In this document: in pieces, positions 18,949 to 27,821 of the stretch | How the letters are laid out: the number at the start of each line of letters is the position of its first letter | How positions within the stretch are numbered: position 1 is the first letter of the stretch | DNA from: an uncultured Prevotellaceae bacterium | GTDB taxonomy: Bacteria; Bacteroidota; Bacteroidia; Bacteroidales; Bacteroidaceae | Reading direction: 5' to 3' | DNA length: 42,313 nucleotides | NCBI GenBank assembly: GCA_902766505.1 | Contig: CACXDY010000350.1 | Coordinates: 1-42,313 of the forward strand | Notes under the pieces: model-generated | Told to the model about the DNA's origin: nothing | Databases searched by the model: none | What the model saw: the letters and a program-made list of their open reading frames with translations, nothing else | Position numbers and translations under genes: made by a program

Positions 18949-21501
18949 ATGATGATTCGTGCAAGATTGTTTCTTGCATGCTTCATCATGTGGATACCTG
19001 CTGTCGCTGATGCACAACTCAAAGGGGTCGTTCTCGATAGGGAAACAGGAGACAGCATTCCGTTCTCAAGCATCATTTACAAAGGAAAGCATATCGCTAT
19101 CGCTGCCGACCGCTTCGGACATTTCTCTGTGGAAAGACACAACGGATGGACACTCACTGTCAAGGCTGTCGGATATAAGTCGGAATCATTCAATATCAAG
19201 CATAACACACCTGATTTCATCACGGTCAGATTGAAACCTGAGGCTCACAGACTTGATGAGGTCATCGTGGAAACAAAGAGAAAGGGTAAGTACAGCCGAA
19301 AAAACAATCCGGCGGTGGAATTGATGAAACGGGTGGTGGAGGCAAAAAAACGCACCGAACTGGAAAACCATGATTTTTATCAATTCAATAAATACCAGAA
19401 AATAACGCTGGCTGTGAACGACGTTTCACCCGATGAGATAGAATTCGTACAAAAACATAATCAGCAGTGGATGGCTGAACAGGTGGAATTCTGCCCATTC
19501 AACAACAAACTGATATTGCCCATTTCCGTCGACGAAACGGTATCGGGACATATCTACAGGAAGACTCCTAAGGGTGAGAAGGATATCGTCTATGCCCAAC
19601 AAAGCAAGGGCGTCAATCAATTGCTGGAAACAGGCGGCACGCTCAATACTATCTTGAAGGACGCCTTTACTGATGTGGATATTTATGATGACCAGATAAG
19701 ACTCCTGCAATACATGTTCACCAGCCCTATCGGGAAGGATGCGGTTGCGTTCTATCGATACTACATCGAGGACACGGTCTTTGTGGGGCGGGATTTGTGC
19801 TATCATCTGCAGTTCACACCCAACAACCAACAGGATTTTGGCTTTAGGGGGGAATTGTTTGTCCTGGCCGATTCTTCATTGCACGTGAAACGGTGCAATC
19901 TGACCATTCCTAAAAGGAGTGGGGTCAATTTCGTGGAAAACATGCGTATCGAACAAGAATACACTCAGTTGGAGAATGGGGAATGGGTGTTGAACATCGA
20001 TAATATGATTGTCGAAATGGCCATTACCCAATTCTTGTCTAAAGCCGTCATCATCAGGTCTACTTACCTGGACCAGTATTCTTTCGACCCTATTCCGCCC
20101 AAAATGTTCAAAGGGAAAGCCAAGAAAACCGTCAATCCGAAGGCAAGGATGCGTGATGAGGCGTATTGGAACGAGTATAGAAGAGGGGAACTCTCCAGAA
20201 GCGAGGCGGGTATGGACAATTTTCTCTCGAAGATGAAAGGTGTCAAAGGCTTTAAATATATCCTGTTTGGTTCAAAAATTCTGATAGAAAATAATATTGA
20301 GGTTGGCGGTGGAGTAGGCAAGACTGCCAAGTTCGATATCGGTCCGGTCAACACCATTGTTTCCAGCAATTTTGTTGATGGCTTGAGATTCAGGTTTGGC
20401 GGGCAAACGACAGCCGCACTGATGCCACATCTTTTCTGGAAGGGATATTATGCCTACGGAAAAAACACAAAGAAGAATTACTATAGCACTCAGTTCACTT
20501 ATTCTTTCAACGAGAAACAGTATCTGCCTGCTGAATTTCCGACCAAATCGATTTCTTTTACCAGTGTATATGATGTCATGTCTCCTTCCGACAAGTTCCT
20601 CTATACCGATAAAGACAATGTCTTCACTTCGCTGAAATGGTCGAAAGCCGACCAAATGTATTTCTATAACAGACAGCAATTGAAATTGGATTGGGAAACG
20701 GAAGCCGGCATGAGAACAATCATCGATTTCAAGACCGAATCCAACGAGTCTACTGGTAATCTGGCTTTCAAGCGGGTGGTCGATGCAGAACCCGTCAAGA
20801 AAATCAGAACAACGGAATTATCCATGGCTTTCATCTATTGTCCTGGACGTACGTATATCAACACCAAGCAGTCAAGATTCCCCATCAATTTCGATGCACC
20901 GGAATACTCCATATCTCATACAATGGGATTTGACGGATTGCTGGGTGGACAGTATAAGTATAATTTCACCGAGGTGGGGCTCTATAAACGATGGTGGCTG
21001 AACAGTTGGGGTAGACTCAACGTACGGTGGAAAGCAGGGGCGCAATGGAACAAAGTGCCGTTCCCACTTCTCATCATGCCGGCATCCAATCTGTCGTATA
21101 TTCTTGAAGATGGAACGTTCTCTCTCATCGACAACATGGAGTTCCTCAACGACAGGTATACTTCCTTGGATGTCAACTGGGACATCAGCGGCAAACTGTT
21201 CAACCGCATACCATTGCTGCAGAAACTGAAATGGCGTGAGAAAATCGGTGTTAAAGGCTTGCTGGGGACGCTCACCGATAAGAACAATCCTACGTTGGAT
21301 AGAAACGCCGGGTCGGATTTCTTGTTCATCCTGCCCGAAGGCACCAGACTGATGGATAAGAACAAACCTTATCTTGAATTCAATGTCGGAATACATAATA
21401 TTCTGAAACTGTTCGAGATTGATTATGTGTGGAGGATGAATTATCACTATCCGGGCGTCAAACAGCATGGCGTGAGAATAGGATTCGAGTTCTCCTTCTA
21501 A
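18949..21501 (+). CDS. DUF5686 + carboxypeptidase-regulatory-like domain outer-membrane protein, paralog 2
   Basis: Colinear with paralog 1 along its whole length. Signal peptide ending ADA-Q; ends EFSF. Start could be 18919, 18949 or 18952. Confidence 0.8.
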   Translation: MMIRARLFLACFIMWIPAVADAQLKGVVLDRETGDSIPFSSIIYKGKHIAIAADRFGHFSVERHNGWTLTVKAVGYKSESFNIKHNTPDFITVRLKPEAHRLDEVIVETKRKGKYSRKNNPAVELMKRVVEAKKRTELENHDFYQFNKYQKITLAVNDVSPDEIEFVQKHNQQWMAEQVEFCPFNNKLILPISVDETVSGHIYRKTPKGEKDIVYAQQSKGVNQLLETGGTLNTILKDAFTDVDIYDDQIRLLQYMFTSPIGKDAVAFYRYYIEDTVFVGRDLCYHLQFTPNNQQDFGFRGELFVLADSSLHVKRCNLTIPKRSGVNFVENMRIEQEYTQLENGEWVLNIDNMIVEMAITQFLSKAVIIRSTYLDQYSFDPIPPKMFKGKAKKTVNPKARMRDEAYWNEYRRGELSRSEAGMDNFLSKMKGVKGFKYILFGSKILIENNIEVGGGVGKTAKFDIGPVNTIVSSNFVDGLRFRFGGQTTAALMPHLFWKGYYAYGKNTKKNYYSTQFTYSFNEKQYLPAEFPTKSISFTSVYDVMSPSDKFLYTDKDNVFTSLKWSKADQMYFYNRQQLKLDWETEAGMRTIIDFKTESNESTGNLAFKRVVDAEPVKKIRTTELSMAFIYCPGRTYINTKQSRFPINFDAPEYSISHTMGFDGLLGGQYKYNFTEVGLYKRWWLNSWGRLNVRWKAGAQWNKVPFPLLIMPASNLSYILEDGTFSLIDNMEFLNDRYTSLDVNWDISGKLFNRIPLLQKLKWREKIGVKGLLGTLTDKNNPTLDRNAGSDFLFILPEGTRLMDKNKPYLEFNVGIHNILKLFEIDYVWRMNYHYPGVKQHGVRIGFEFSF

Positions 21502-21555
21502 TCTTCATCGAGTGTCAACATGGTCATAATTATTTAACTGCATACTTTCTGCTTT

Positions 21556-22041
21556 ATGAGAAAAATCATTAATCCCTGGGTAAACAAGGAAGGATATAAT
21601 TGCTTCGGATGCGCACCGGGCAATCCTATTGGTCTGCACCTGCAATTTTTTGAGCAAGATGACGAAATCGTGAGCTTCTGGCAACCTCAATCCCATTTTC
21701 AAGGATGGGTGGGCGTACTTCATGGAGGTATCATATCTACATTGCTCGACGAGACTGCCGGATGGGTGGTGACAAGAAAACTGCAGGCTGCTGGCATGAC
21801 TGCAAGACTCAATGTCACTTTCAAACAACCCGTCAGAAGCGATGAAACTCAGATTACCATTCGGGCACGCATCAGGGAACAACGTGGAAGACTGGTGTTC
21901 ATTAATTGCACGTTGGAGAATGCTCATGCTGATATTTGTGCAGAAGCTGAGGCTGTCTATAGCGTGATGTCGACGGAGAAATCCCAAGAGATGGGATTCG
22001 AAAAATGTGATGTGGAACCTGAACTGTTGCTTCCTTTCTAA
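21556..22041 (+). CDS. PaaI family hotdog-fold thioesterase
   Basis: CFGCAPGNPIGL and GVLHGGIISTLLDE motifs. Confidence 0.88.
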   Translation: MRKIINPWVNKEGYNCFGCAPGNPIGLHLQFFEQDDEIVSFWQPQSHFQGWVGVLHGGIISTLLDETAGWVVTRKLQAAGMTARLNVTFKQPVRSDETQITIRARIREQRGRLVFINCTLENAHADICAEAEAVYSVMSTEKSQEMGFEKCDVEPELLLPF

Positions 22042-22051
22042 TTTGTTGGGT

Positions 22052-22687
22052 ATGAGTGTAATATTGGCTGATAATCAGGATATCACAAGGGCGGGACTGC
22101 AATTGGTCATGCAACAGATGGCAGAGGATGTCATCCTCACTGCTACGGACAAGAATGCCTTGTTGATGTCACTAAAAGAACGTCCCGAGTCGGTGGTCGT
22201 CATTGATTATACGTTGTTCGATTTCAACGATGTTGATGAAATGCTGATTTTCGTCGACAGGTTTGGGGCATCACAATGGATTCTTTTCAGTGAGGACCTT
22301 AGCCTCGACTTCATCAGAATGGTCATAGCTGCCTCACCGAGGGTAAGTGTCTTGCTCAAAGAGTCCTCTCTCTCTGAAATCAGGGAATGCATAAAAAAAG
22401 CCATACGCTCGCAGAGGTTTATCTGCCAGCGTATAACTGAAATGATTCTAACCGCACCTCAGGTAGAGGAAAAAACCATCCTTACTCGTACTGAGACGGA
22501 AGTGCTGAAGGATATCGCTTTGGGAATGACAACGAAAGAAATTGCCGAAAAACGCTTCTCCAGCTTCCATACAGTCAATACCCATCGGAAAAATATATTC
22601 CGGAAACTTGGGGTCAACAATATCCATGAAGCCACAAGGTATGCACTGAGGGCAGGACTTGTGGACTCTGCTGAATATTACATCTGA
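22052..22687 (+). CDS. NarL/LuxR family response regulator
   Basis: Start reassigned to the ATG at 22052. Receiver domain (ILADNQ, VVIDY, LLK) plus LuxR HTH LTRTETEVL..GMTTKEIAE..TVNTHRKNIFRKL. Confidence 0.88.
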   Translation: MSVILADNQDITRAGLQLVMQQMAEDVILTATDKNALLMSLKERPESVVVIDYTLFDFNDVDEMLIFVDRFGASQWILFSEDLSLDFIRMVIAASPRVSVLLKESSLSEIRECIKKAIRSQRFICQRITEMILTAPQVEEKTILTRTETEVLKDIALGMTTKEIAEKRFSSFHTVNTHRKNIFRKLGVNNIHEATRYALRAGLVDSAEYYI

Positions 22688-22690
22688 CAA

Positions 22691-23137
22691 TCAGATGTTC
22701 AACTGCTTGCGCAATTCTTCCCACTGCTTCTGAATGGCAGTGAGACCAGTGCCGACAATTTCTTTGGCCTTGTCCATACCATCCTCAATCTTTTCACGGG
22801 CATCGTTGATCTTTTCATCGTATTTGCCCTCTTGGTAGTCTTTCTTGATTTCCTCGACTTTGCTCTTGGCTTTGCCCATGCCTTCTTCAAGGTCTTCACG
22901 CATGTCGTTGAGCTTCTCTTTTACATCCAGTTTGTCCCATTCTTCTTTGGCTTTGTCTGCTCCCTCCTTTACTTCAGAAGTGGCTTTCTCTGCCATCTTC
23001 TTCAAATCGGCCTTAATCTCATCTGAGTCATGGCTGTCAAGATAGGCCACTAAATCATTGTACTTTGCTTGGGCTTCAGAGGCCATTTCGCCTAATCCCT
23101 CGCGCATTTTCTTAAGAATCTCATCAAAGTCGCTCAT
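22691..23137 (-). CDS. Hydrophilic amphipathic-helix repeat protein (LEA/YtxH-like), function unknown
   Basis: 148 aa, rich in K/E/D/A, with repeated [ED]G[AM][DG]KAK. Has its own -7 element and an A/T-rich start region. Confidence 0.7.
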   Translation of the reverse strand: MSDFDEILKKMREGLGEMASEAQAKYNDLVAYLDSHDSDEIKADLKKMAEKATSEVKEGADKAKEEWDKLDVKEKLNDMREDLEEGMGKAKSKVEEIKKDYQEGKYDEKINDAREKIEDGMDKAKEIVGTGLTAIQKQWEELRKQLNI

Positions 23138-23205
23138 AGTAATTCTTGTTGTTTGGGTTATTATTTAATGGTGTAATATCGTGTCCTTCACATAAAAACA
23201 CGCGT

Positions 23206-23213
23206 CAAATATA
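23206..23213 (-). promoter_or_regulatory. -7 element (TATATTTG) for the LEA-like gene
   Basis: TAnnTTTG about 70 nt upstream of the ATG at 23137. Confidence 0.5.
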
Positions 23214-23336
23214 CAAATTTCTGTTGATTATTATCATGGATTTGCATTTTTTTTTACCATTTTTGATGTCGGCCGGGTTTGTCAGGTGACATATATCATG
23301 AAACAAGGATTTCAAACAAAAAAAATCTTTGGAAAT

Positions 23337-23367
23337 TTTGCATTGACGTGTCAAACCACTACCTTTG
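23337..23367 (+). promoter_or_regulatory. -33 (TTTG) / -7 (TACCTTTG) promoter for the purF-like gene
   Basis: TTTG at 23337-23340, a 19-nt spacer, then TACCTTTG at 23360-23367. Confidence 0.72.
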
Positions 23368-23414
23368 CATGCATATTTGTGTTTTTTAAGACAGTAATGT
23401 AATTTTCTTATCTA

Positions 23415-24833
23415 ATGGGCGGTTTTTTCGGCACTATTTCCGTTGATGATTGTGTAAACGATCTTTTTTATGGAACTGACTACAACTCACACCTTGGTAC
23501 TAAACGAGCGGGAATGGCCACGTTTGATCCTGATAAGGGATTCTCGAGGTCTATTCATAGCCTGGAAAGGGATTATTTCAGATCCAAATTTGAAGATGAA
23601 TTAGACCAGTTTCATGGCTGTCAGGGAATAGGGGTGATTAGTGACACCGACCCGCAACCTATCATTGTCAACTCACATCTTGGAAGATTCGCTGTCGTCA
23701 CAGTAGCAAAAATCAATAATCAGCGTGAGATAGCCGAAAAACTCTTGGCTAAAAGAATGCATTTTAGCGAGATGTCGGCTAATAAAATCAACCAGACCGA
23801 ATTGGTGGCTCTGCTTATCAACATGGGCAATTCTTTCGTTGATGGAATTAATCGTGTTTTTAATGAAGTGGACGGGTCTTGCTCAATGTTGATTCTTACA
23901 GAGAATGGCATCATTGCTGCCCGCGACCGCTATGGGCGGACTCCCATCGTGATAGGAAAGAAGGAAGGAGCTTATGCGGCTTCGAGTGAGTCATCCAGTT
24001 TCCCTAATCTCGATTATCAACCTTGTCATGATCTTGGACCGGGGGAAATTGTTAAAATTCAGTCGGATGGACTCACTGTTCTGCAGGAAGCTTCTGGCAC
24101 AGAGCATATCTGCTCTTTCCTCTGGGTATATTATGGATTCCCCACCAGTGATTACAATTCCATCAATGTGGAGGATGTGCGTGAGCGCAATGGATTCTTC
24201 ATGGGCCAGGAGGATGATACCGAGGCTGATATCGTATGTGGTGTGCCCGACTCCGGCGTGGGCATGGCATTGGGATACGCTCAGGGCAAGGGTATTCCTT
24301 ATAAGAGGGCTGTGCTCAAGTACACTCCTACATGGCCGAGAAGTTTCACTCCGGGCGACCAGTCAAGGAGAAAACTCGTGGCAAAAATGAAACTGATACC
24401 CAACCGTGCTATCCTCTCTGGAAGAAGGGTGGTCTTCTGCGATGATTCCATTGTCCGCGGTACTCAGCTGAGGGATAATGTCCGCACTTTCTTTGATTAC
24501 GGTGCAACGGAAGTGCATGCCAGAATTTCATGTCCTCCTCTTGTCTACGGATGTCCCTTTGTCAATTTCACCAGTTCTAAAAGTGACTTGGAATTGATTA
24601 CACGCCGTATCATTCAGGATTTTGAGGGTGCACCTGATGTCAATCTTGAAAAATATGCTACCACAGATAGTCCTGAATACAAGAGAATGGTGGATGAAAT
24701 AGCACGTAGGTTGGGTATAACAACGCTGAAATTCAATAAGATAGAAAATCTTATTCGGGCTATAGGCCTGCCCAAATGCAATATTTGTACACATTGCTTC
24801 GACGGTTCAGGATGCCCTTCTTGCCGTAAATAG
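23415..24833 (+). CDS. purF: Amidophosphoribosyltransferase-like protein lacking the N-terminal catalytic Cys
   Basis: PRPP loop VVFCDDSIVRGT, GVPDSG, ARD..G..P, Fe-S-type cysteines (ICSF, YGCP, CTHC). N-terminus is MGGFFG. Confidence 0.88.
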   Translation: MGGFFGTISVDDCVNDLFYGTDYNSHLGTKRAGMATFDPDKGFSRSIHSLERDYFRSKFEDELDQFHGCQGIGVISDTDPQPIIVNSHLGRFAVVTVAKINNQREIAEKLLAKRMHFSEMSANKINQTELVALLINMGNSFVDGINRVFNEVDGSCSMLILTENGIIAARDRYGRTPIVIGKKEGAYAASSESSSFPNLDYQPCHDLGPGEIVKIQSDGLTVLQEASGTEHICSFLWVYYGFPTSDYNSINVEDVRERNGFFMGQEDDTEADIVCGVPDSGVGMALGYAQGKGIPYKRAVLKYTPTWPRSFTPGDQSRRKLVAKMKLIPNRAILSGRRVVFCDDSIVRGTQLRDNVRTFFDYGATEVHARISCPPLVYGCPFVNFTSSKSDLELITRRIIQDFEGAPDVNLEKYATTDSPEYKRMVDEIARRLGITTLKFNKIENLIRAIGLPKCNICTHCFDGSGCPSCRK

Positions 24834-24842
24834 AGGTTCCTT

Positions 24843-25718
24843 CTATTCTGTTCTGCTGATAAATTCCTTGATGTCGTTCAGACGTTCCAAACCAGTCGAA
24901 CGGCCTATGTCATATATGGCTTGCATCTCTTCGGGGTCGTGAGAAATATGGCCTATGTGCAATGCTGTTTTGGGACGTATGACAAGGGCTGTTCCTTCTT
25001 GTTCTCGCCTGGCTACATAGGCCAGTTGCTGATTGTACATCTCATGGCGGACATCAAGTCCGTGAATCATTTGGGGATATTTGCGGAGAAACAGCCTGAA
25101 CAGGGGCATTAACTTGTTGTGCGTTTTCACATAGCCTTGTGGCTGGGTGAGAATGACTACATTGCGGAGGTAGCCGGTGCGTTCGAAATATTCCAATGGA
25201 ATAGAGTCGGCTACACCACCGTCAAGCAAAAGTTTTCCCTCCAATGCCACAGGGCGCGATACCATGGGCATGGAAGCTGAGGCTCTCACCCAGTCGTACG
25301 CCAAACTTCCCCCCTTGGTCAGGTGCTTATACACGGCCTTCCCGGTTTCTGCATCTGTGCAGACAAGATGAAATTTTGTGGGGTTGTTCTCAAAAGCCTC
25401 GTCATCGAACGGGTCAAGGCGCTCAGGTACTTCATGATAGGCAAATTGTGCTCCGAAAAGGTCACCAGTTGTCAACCATGAGCGAAGACTGCAATAACGC
25501 CAGTCACGGGCGAACCTTTTGTTGTAACGGATAGGACGACCTGGTTGTTGGGAAACGAAATTCACACCAAAAGCTGCACCTGCTGAGACGCCAATGACTC
25601 CGTCGAAAGTGATGTTGTTCTCCATGAGAACGTCGAGGATGCCGGCTGTGAATAGTCCGCGCATGGCGCCACCCTCAAGTACTAAACCTGTTTTCTTCGT
25701 TTTATAGTCCATATTCAT
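24843..25718 (-). CDS. Patatin-like phospholipase (YjjU/RssA-like)
   Basis: GGAMRG oxyanion motif, GVSAG nucleophile, ASASMP, DGG. Start 25718 or 25712. Confidence 0.9.
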   Translation of the reverse strand: MNMDYKTKKTGLVLEGGAMRGLFTAGILDVLMENNITFDGVIGVSAGAAFGVNFVSQQPGRPIRYNKRFARDWRYCSLRSWLTTGDLFGAQFAYHEVPERLDPFDDEAFENNPTKFHLVCTDAETGKAVYKHLTKGGSLAYDWVRASASMPMVSRPVALEGKLLLDGGVADSIPLEYFERTGYLRNVVILTQPQGYVKTHNKLMPLFRLFLRKYPQMIHGLDVRHEMYNQQLAYVARREQEGTALVIRPKTALHIGHISHDPEEMQAIYDIGRSTGLERLNDIKEFISRTE

Positions 25719-26610
25719 TCCTCCTGTATTTTCCCGGCGAACAGCCTACAGACTCCTTAAAATATTTTCCAAAGAAGGAGGGGTTGGCGAAATGAAGGGT
25801 GTCACTGATTTGTTGAATGTTTTGGTTGCAATTGAGCAGCATCGCTTTTGCATCAAGGATGACAAGGTCGCGGATCCAGTCCATGGGCTTGCGGCCACTT
25901 ACATTTTTGACTACAACACTCAGGTATTTGGGCGTGATGCACAACTTGTCGGCATAGAATGACACATCACGATGTTTTGTATAATATGTACGTACCAACT
26001 CGATGAATTCATCAAATATCTGCTCGTTGCGGGTTGTTTTTTCATGCAGGAGCATTTGCTCGTTCTCCTCAAACTCACTCAGCCAATAGGATGAAATGAC
26101 ATGCATGTAACCTTTGATTACATCATCCTTATTCTTTAGATTGGTATCTGATATGGCATGACGTATCAACTTATAGCATTCCACAAAGTGGTGGACGCTT
26201 TCTCCGCGTATGTGGATTAGGACAGGTTGGTTTTTCATGAGACTCATGATGTGCATCCATGTTTTGGTGTTGGGCAAATAGGGCCTTTCTACGTTGGAGA
26301 AGAAAAGAAAACCGATTTTGCATGGCTCGTCATAAGTCACCATGTCGATAATGCTGCCTTCTGGAGCAATGAACAAATGATTGGATGTGATGGTGATTTC
26401 ACGCAAGTTGACACGCATACGGATATGTCCCTCCAAACACACCATCAGAATGACAAACATCATTTTCAAGGGATGTCCTTCCAAACGATGCTGAGGGAGG
26501 GAGGGGTCGTCGAAATTGTCACCCAAAATAAACAGATCCTTATAGGTCAAGTTGTTGCTGATATCAGGCAACATCGACATGGTGATTTCTGAGATACTGT
26601 TATGCTTCAT
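25702..26610 (-). CDS. AraC family transcriptional regulator
   Basis: C-terminal HTH: FYADKLCITPKYLS..., ISDTLHFANPSFFGKYFK..GCSP..YR. Confidence 0.92.
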   Translation of the reverse strand: MKHNSISEITMSMLPDISNNLTYKDLFILGDNFDDPSLPQHRLEGHPLKMMFVILMVCLEGHIRMRVNLREITITSNHLFIAPEGSIIDMVTYDEPCKIGFLFFSNVERPYLPNTKTWMHIMSLMKNQPVLIHIRGESVHHFVECYKLIRHAISDTNLKNKDDVIKGYMHVISSYWLSEFEENEQMLLHEKTTRNEQIFDEFIELVRTYYTKHRDVSFYADKLCITPKYLSVVVKNVSGRKPMDWIRDLVILDAKAMLLNCNQNIQQISDTLHFANPSFFGKYFKESVGCSPGKYRRNEYGL

Positions 26611-26624
26611 GGGCTATTTTTCTG

Positions 26625-26632
26625 CAAAAATA
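26625..26632 (-). promoter_or_regulatory. -7 element (TATTTTTG) for araC-patatin
   Basis: TAnnTTTG+CA 14 nt upstream of the ATG at 26610. Confidence 0.55.
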
Positions 26633-26769
26633 GTGATTTTAGACATATTTTTCTTGATAATTGCGCTGTTTTTTCTTCCTTGGGGAAAAATCGAACGTTT
26701 TGATGTAATTATCGGAAATCATTCTTTTAGATTTTATAGCGACCTTTGCACCTAAATTAGTATTAAATT

Positions 26770-27813
26770 ATGATGAAATTTAAATTGGGCTTGTTGGGCA
26801 TGGCTGTTTTCCTTCTGTTCTCTTGTGCTCAGGAGGAAAAAGCTGTTGATTCCCTGCATAGTGTGATGACAGTGAAGCCCCAGAATGCAAGCAATGAGAC
26901 TGTGAAGAGTTTTTCAGGTGTCGTCAAGGAGAATTCCGAGACGAATGTGGGATTTAAGACAGCCGGCCAGATTGAGCAGATTTTCGTTAAAGAGGGTGCT
27001 CATGTGAGAAAAGGCCAGTTGTTGGCGTGCCTCGACAGCAAAGATTACAAACTGGGGGTTGATGCCTTGCAGATTCAATATAACCAACTGAAAAACGAGG
27101 TGGCCAGATTGAAGGTACTTTATGAGTCGAATAGCGTATCGGGCAATGATTATGAGAAAGCAGTGAGTGGTTTGCAACAGTTGGGCGTGCAATTGCAAGT
27201 CAATAAGAATAAGATGGATTACACACGCTTGTATGCACCCGCGAATGGTATCGTGAAGAGCGTGAATTTCGAACCTTCGGAAATGGTGAATGCTGGTACC
27301 CCCGTTTTCACTTTGCTGGATGTGAGAAGACTGGAGGTGGAAGTGAGCCTGCCCCAAAGTGTATATATGATGAGGTCGCGCTTCTATCATGTGTATTGCA
27401 CGGCAAATGGTCATGACTACCCTCTGACATTGCTGAGCATCATTCCAAAGGCCGACAACAACCAGTTGTATACTGCACGCTTTGCTGTGGGAGGAAATCT
27501 GACGGCAGGACAGAATGTGAACGTGGTCATCCATGTGGGAAAAGGTGCTCATGGCAGCAATTGCTCGCTGCCCATGCATGCTGTTTTCGAAGATGGAGGC
27601 AAATCCTATGTCTGGGTTGTCAATGCCGACAGCACCGTCGTCCGCCGGGAGGTAACGCTTGAAGGAACTGATGACAATGGCTGTGTAGTCATCACTTCCG
27701 GACTGTCGGGCGAGGAGAATGTCGTCAAGGCGGGTGTCAATTATCTGCGTGACAAGGAGAAAGTGAAAATCATTCAACAACCGGCATCCACCAATGTGGG
27801 TGGCTTGATATAG
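26770..27813 (+). CDS. RND efflux periplasmic adaptor (MFP) lipoprotein
   Basis: Lipobox LFSC, lipoyl halves (G.IEQIFVKEG..VRKGQLLA; LYAPANG), alpha-hairpin, SGLSGEENVVKAG. Confidence 0.92.
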   Translation: MMKFKLGLLGMAVFLLFSCAQEEKAVDSLHSVMTVKPQNASNETVKSFSGVVKENSETNVGFKTAGQIEQIFVKEGAHVRKGQLLACLDSKDYKLGVDALQIQYNQLKNEVARLKVLYESNSVSGNDYEKAVSGLQQLGVQLQVNKNKMDYTRLYAPANGIVKSVNFEPSEMVNAGTPVFTLLDVRRLEVEVSLPQSVYMMRSRFYHVYCTANGHDYPLTLLSIIPKADNNQLYTARFAVGGNLTAGQNVNVVIHVGKGAHGSNCSLPMHAVFEDGGKSYVWVVNADSTVVRREVTLEGTDDNGCVVITSGLSGEENVVKAGVNYLRDKEKVKIIQQPASTNVGGLI

Positions 27814-27821
27814 TTCATATC

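Noticed and set aside
23245-23326. Poly-T and poly-A tracts in the purF divergent spacer (also near 16250) as phase-variation switches
   Set aside because: Short homopolymers are typical of Bacteroidales intergenic DNA; they lie outside the -33/-7 spacer, and I saw no invertible repeats or recombinase.
24843-25718. Patatin as a CBASS/anti-phage effector
   Set aside because: No cyclase or other defence genes nearby; the sequence fits the housekeeping YjjU/RssA type.
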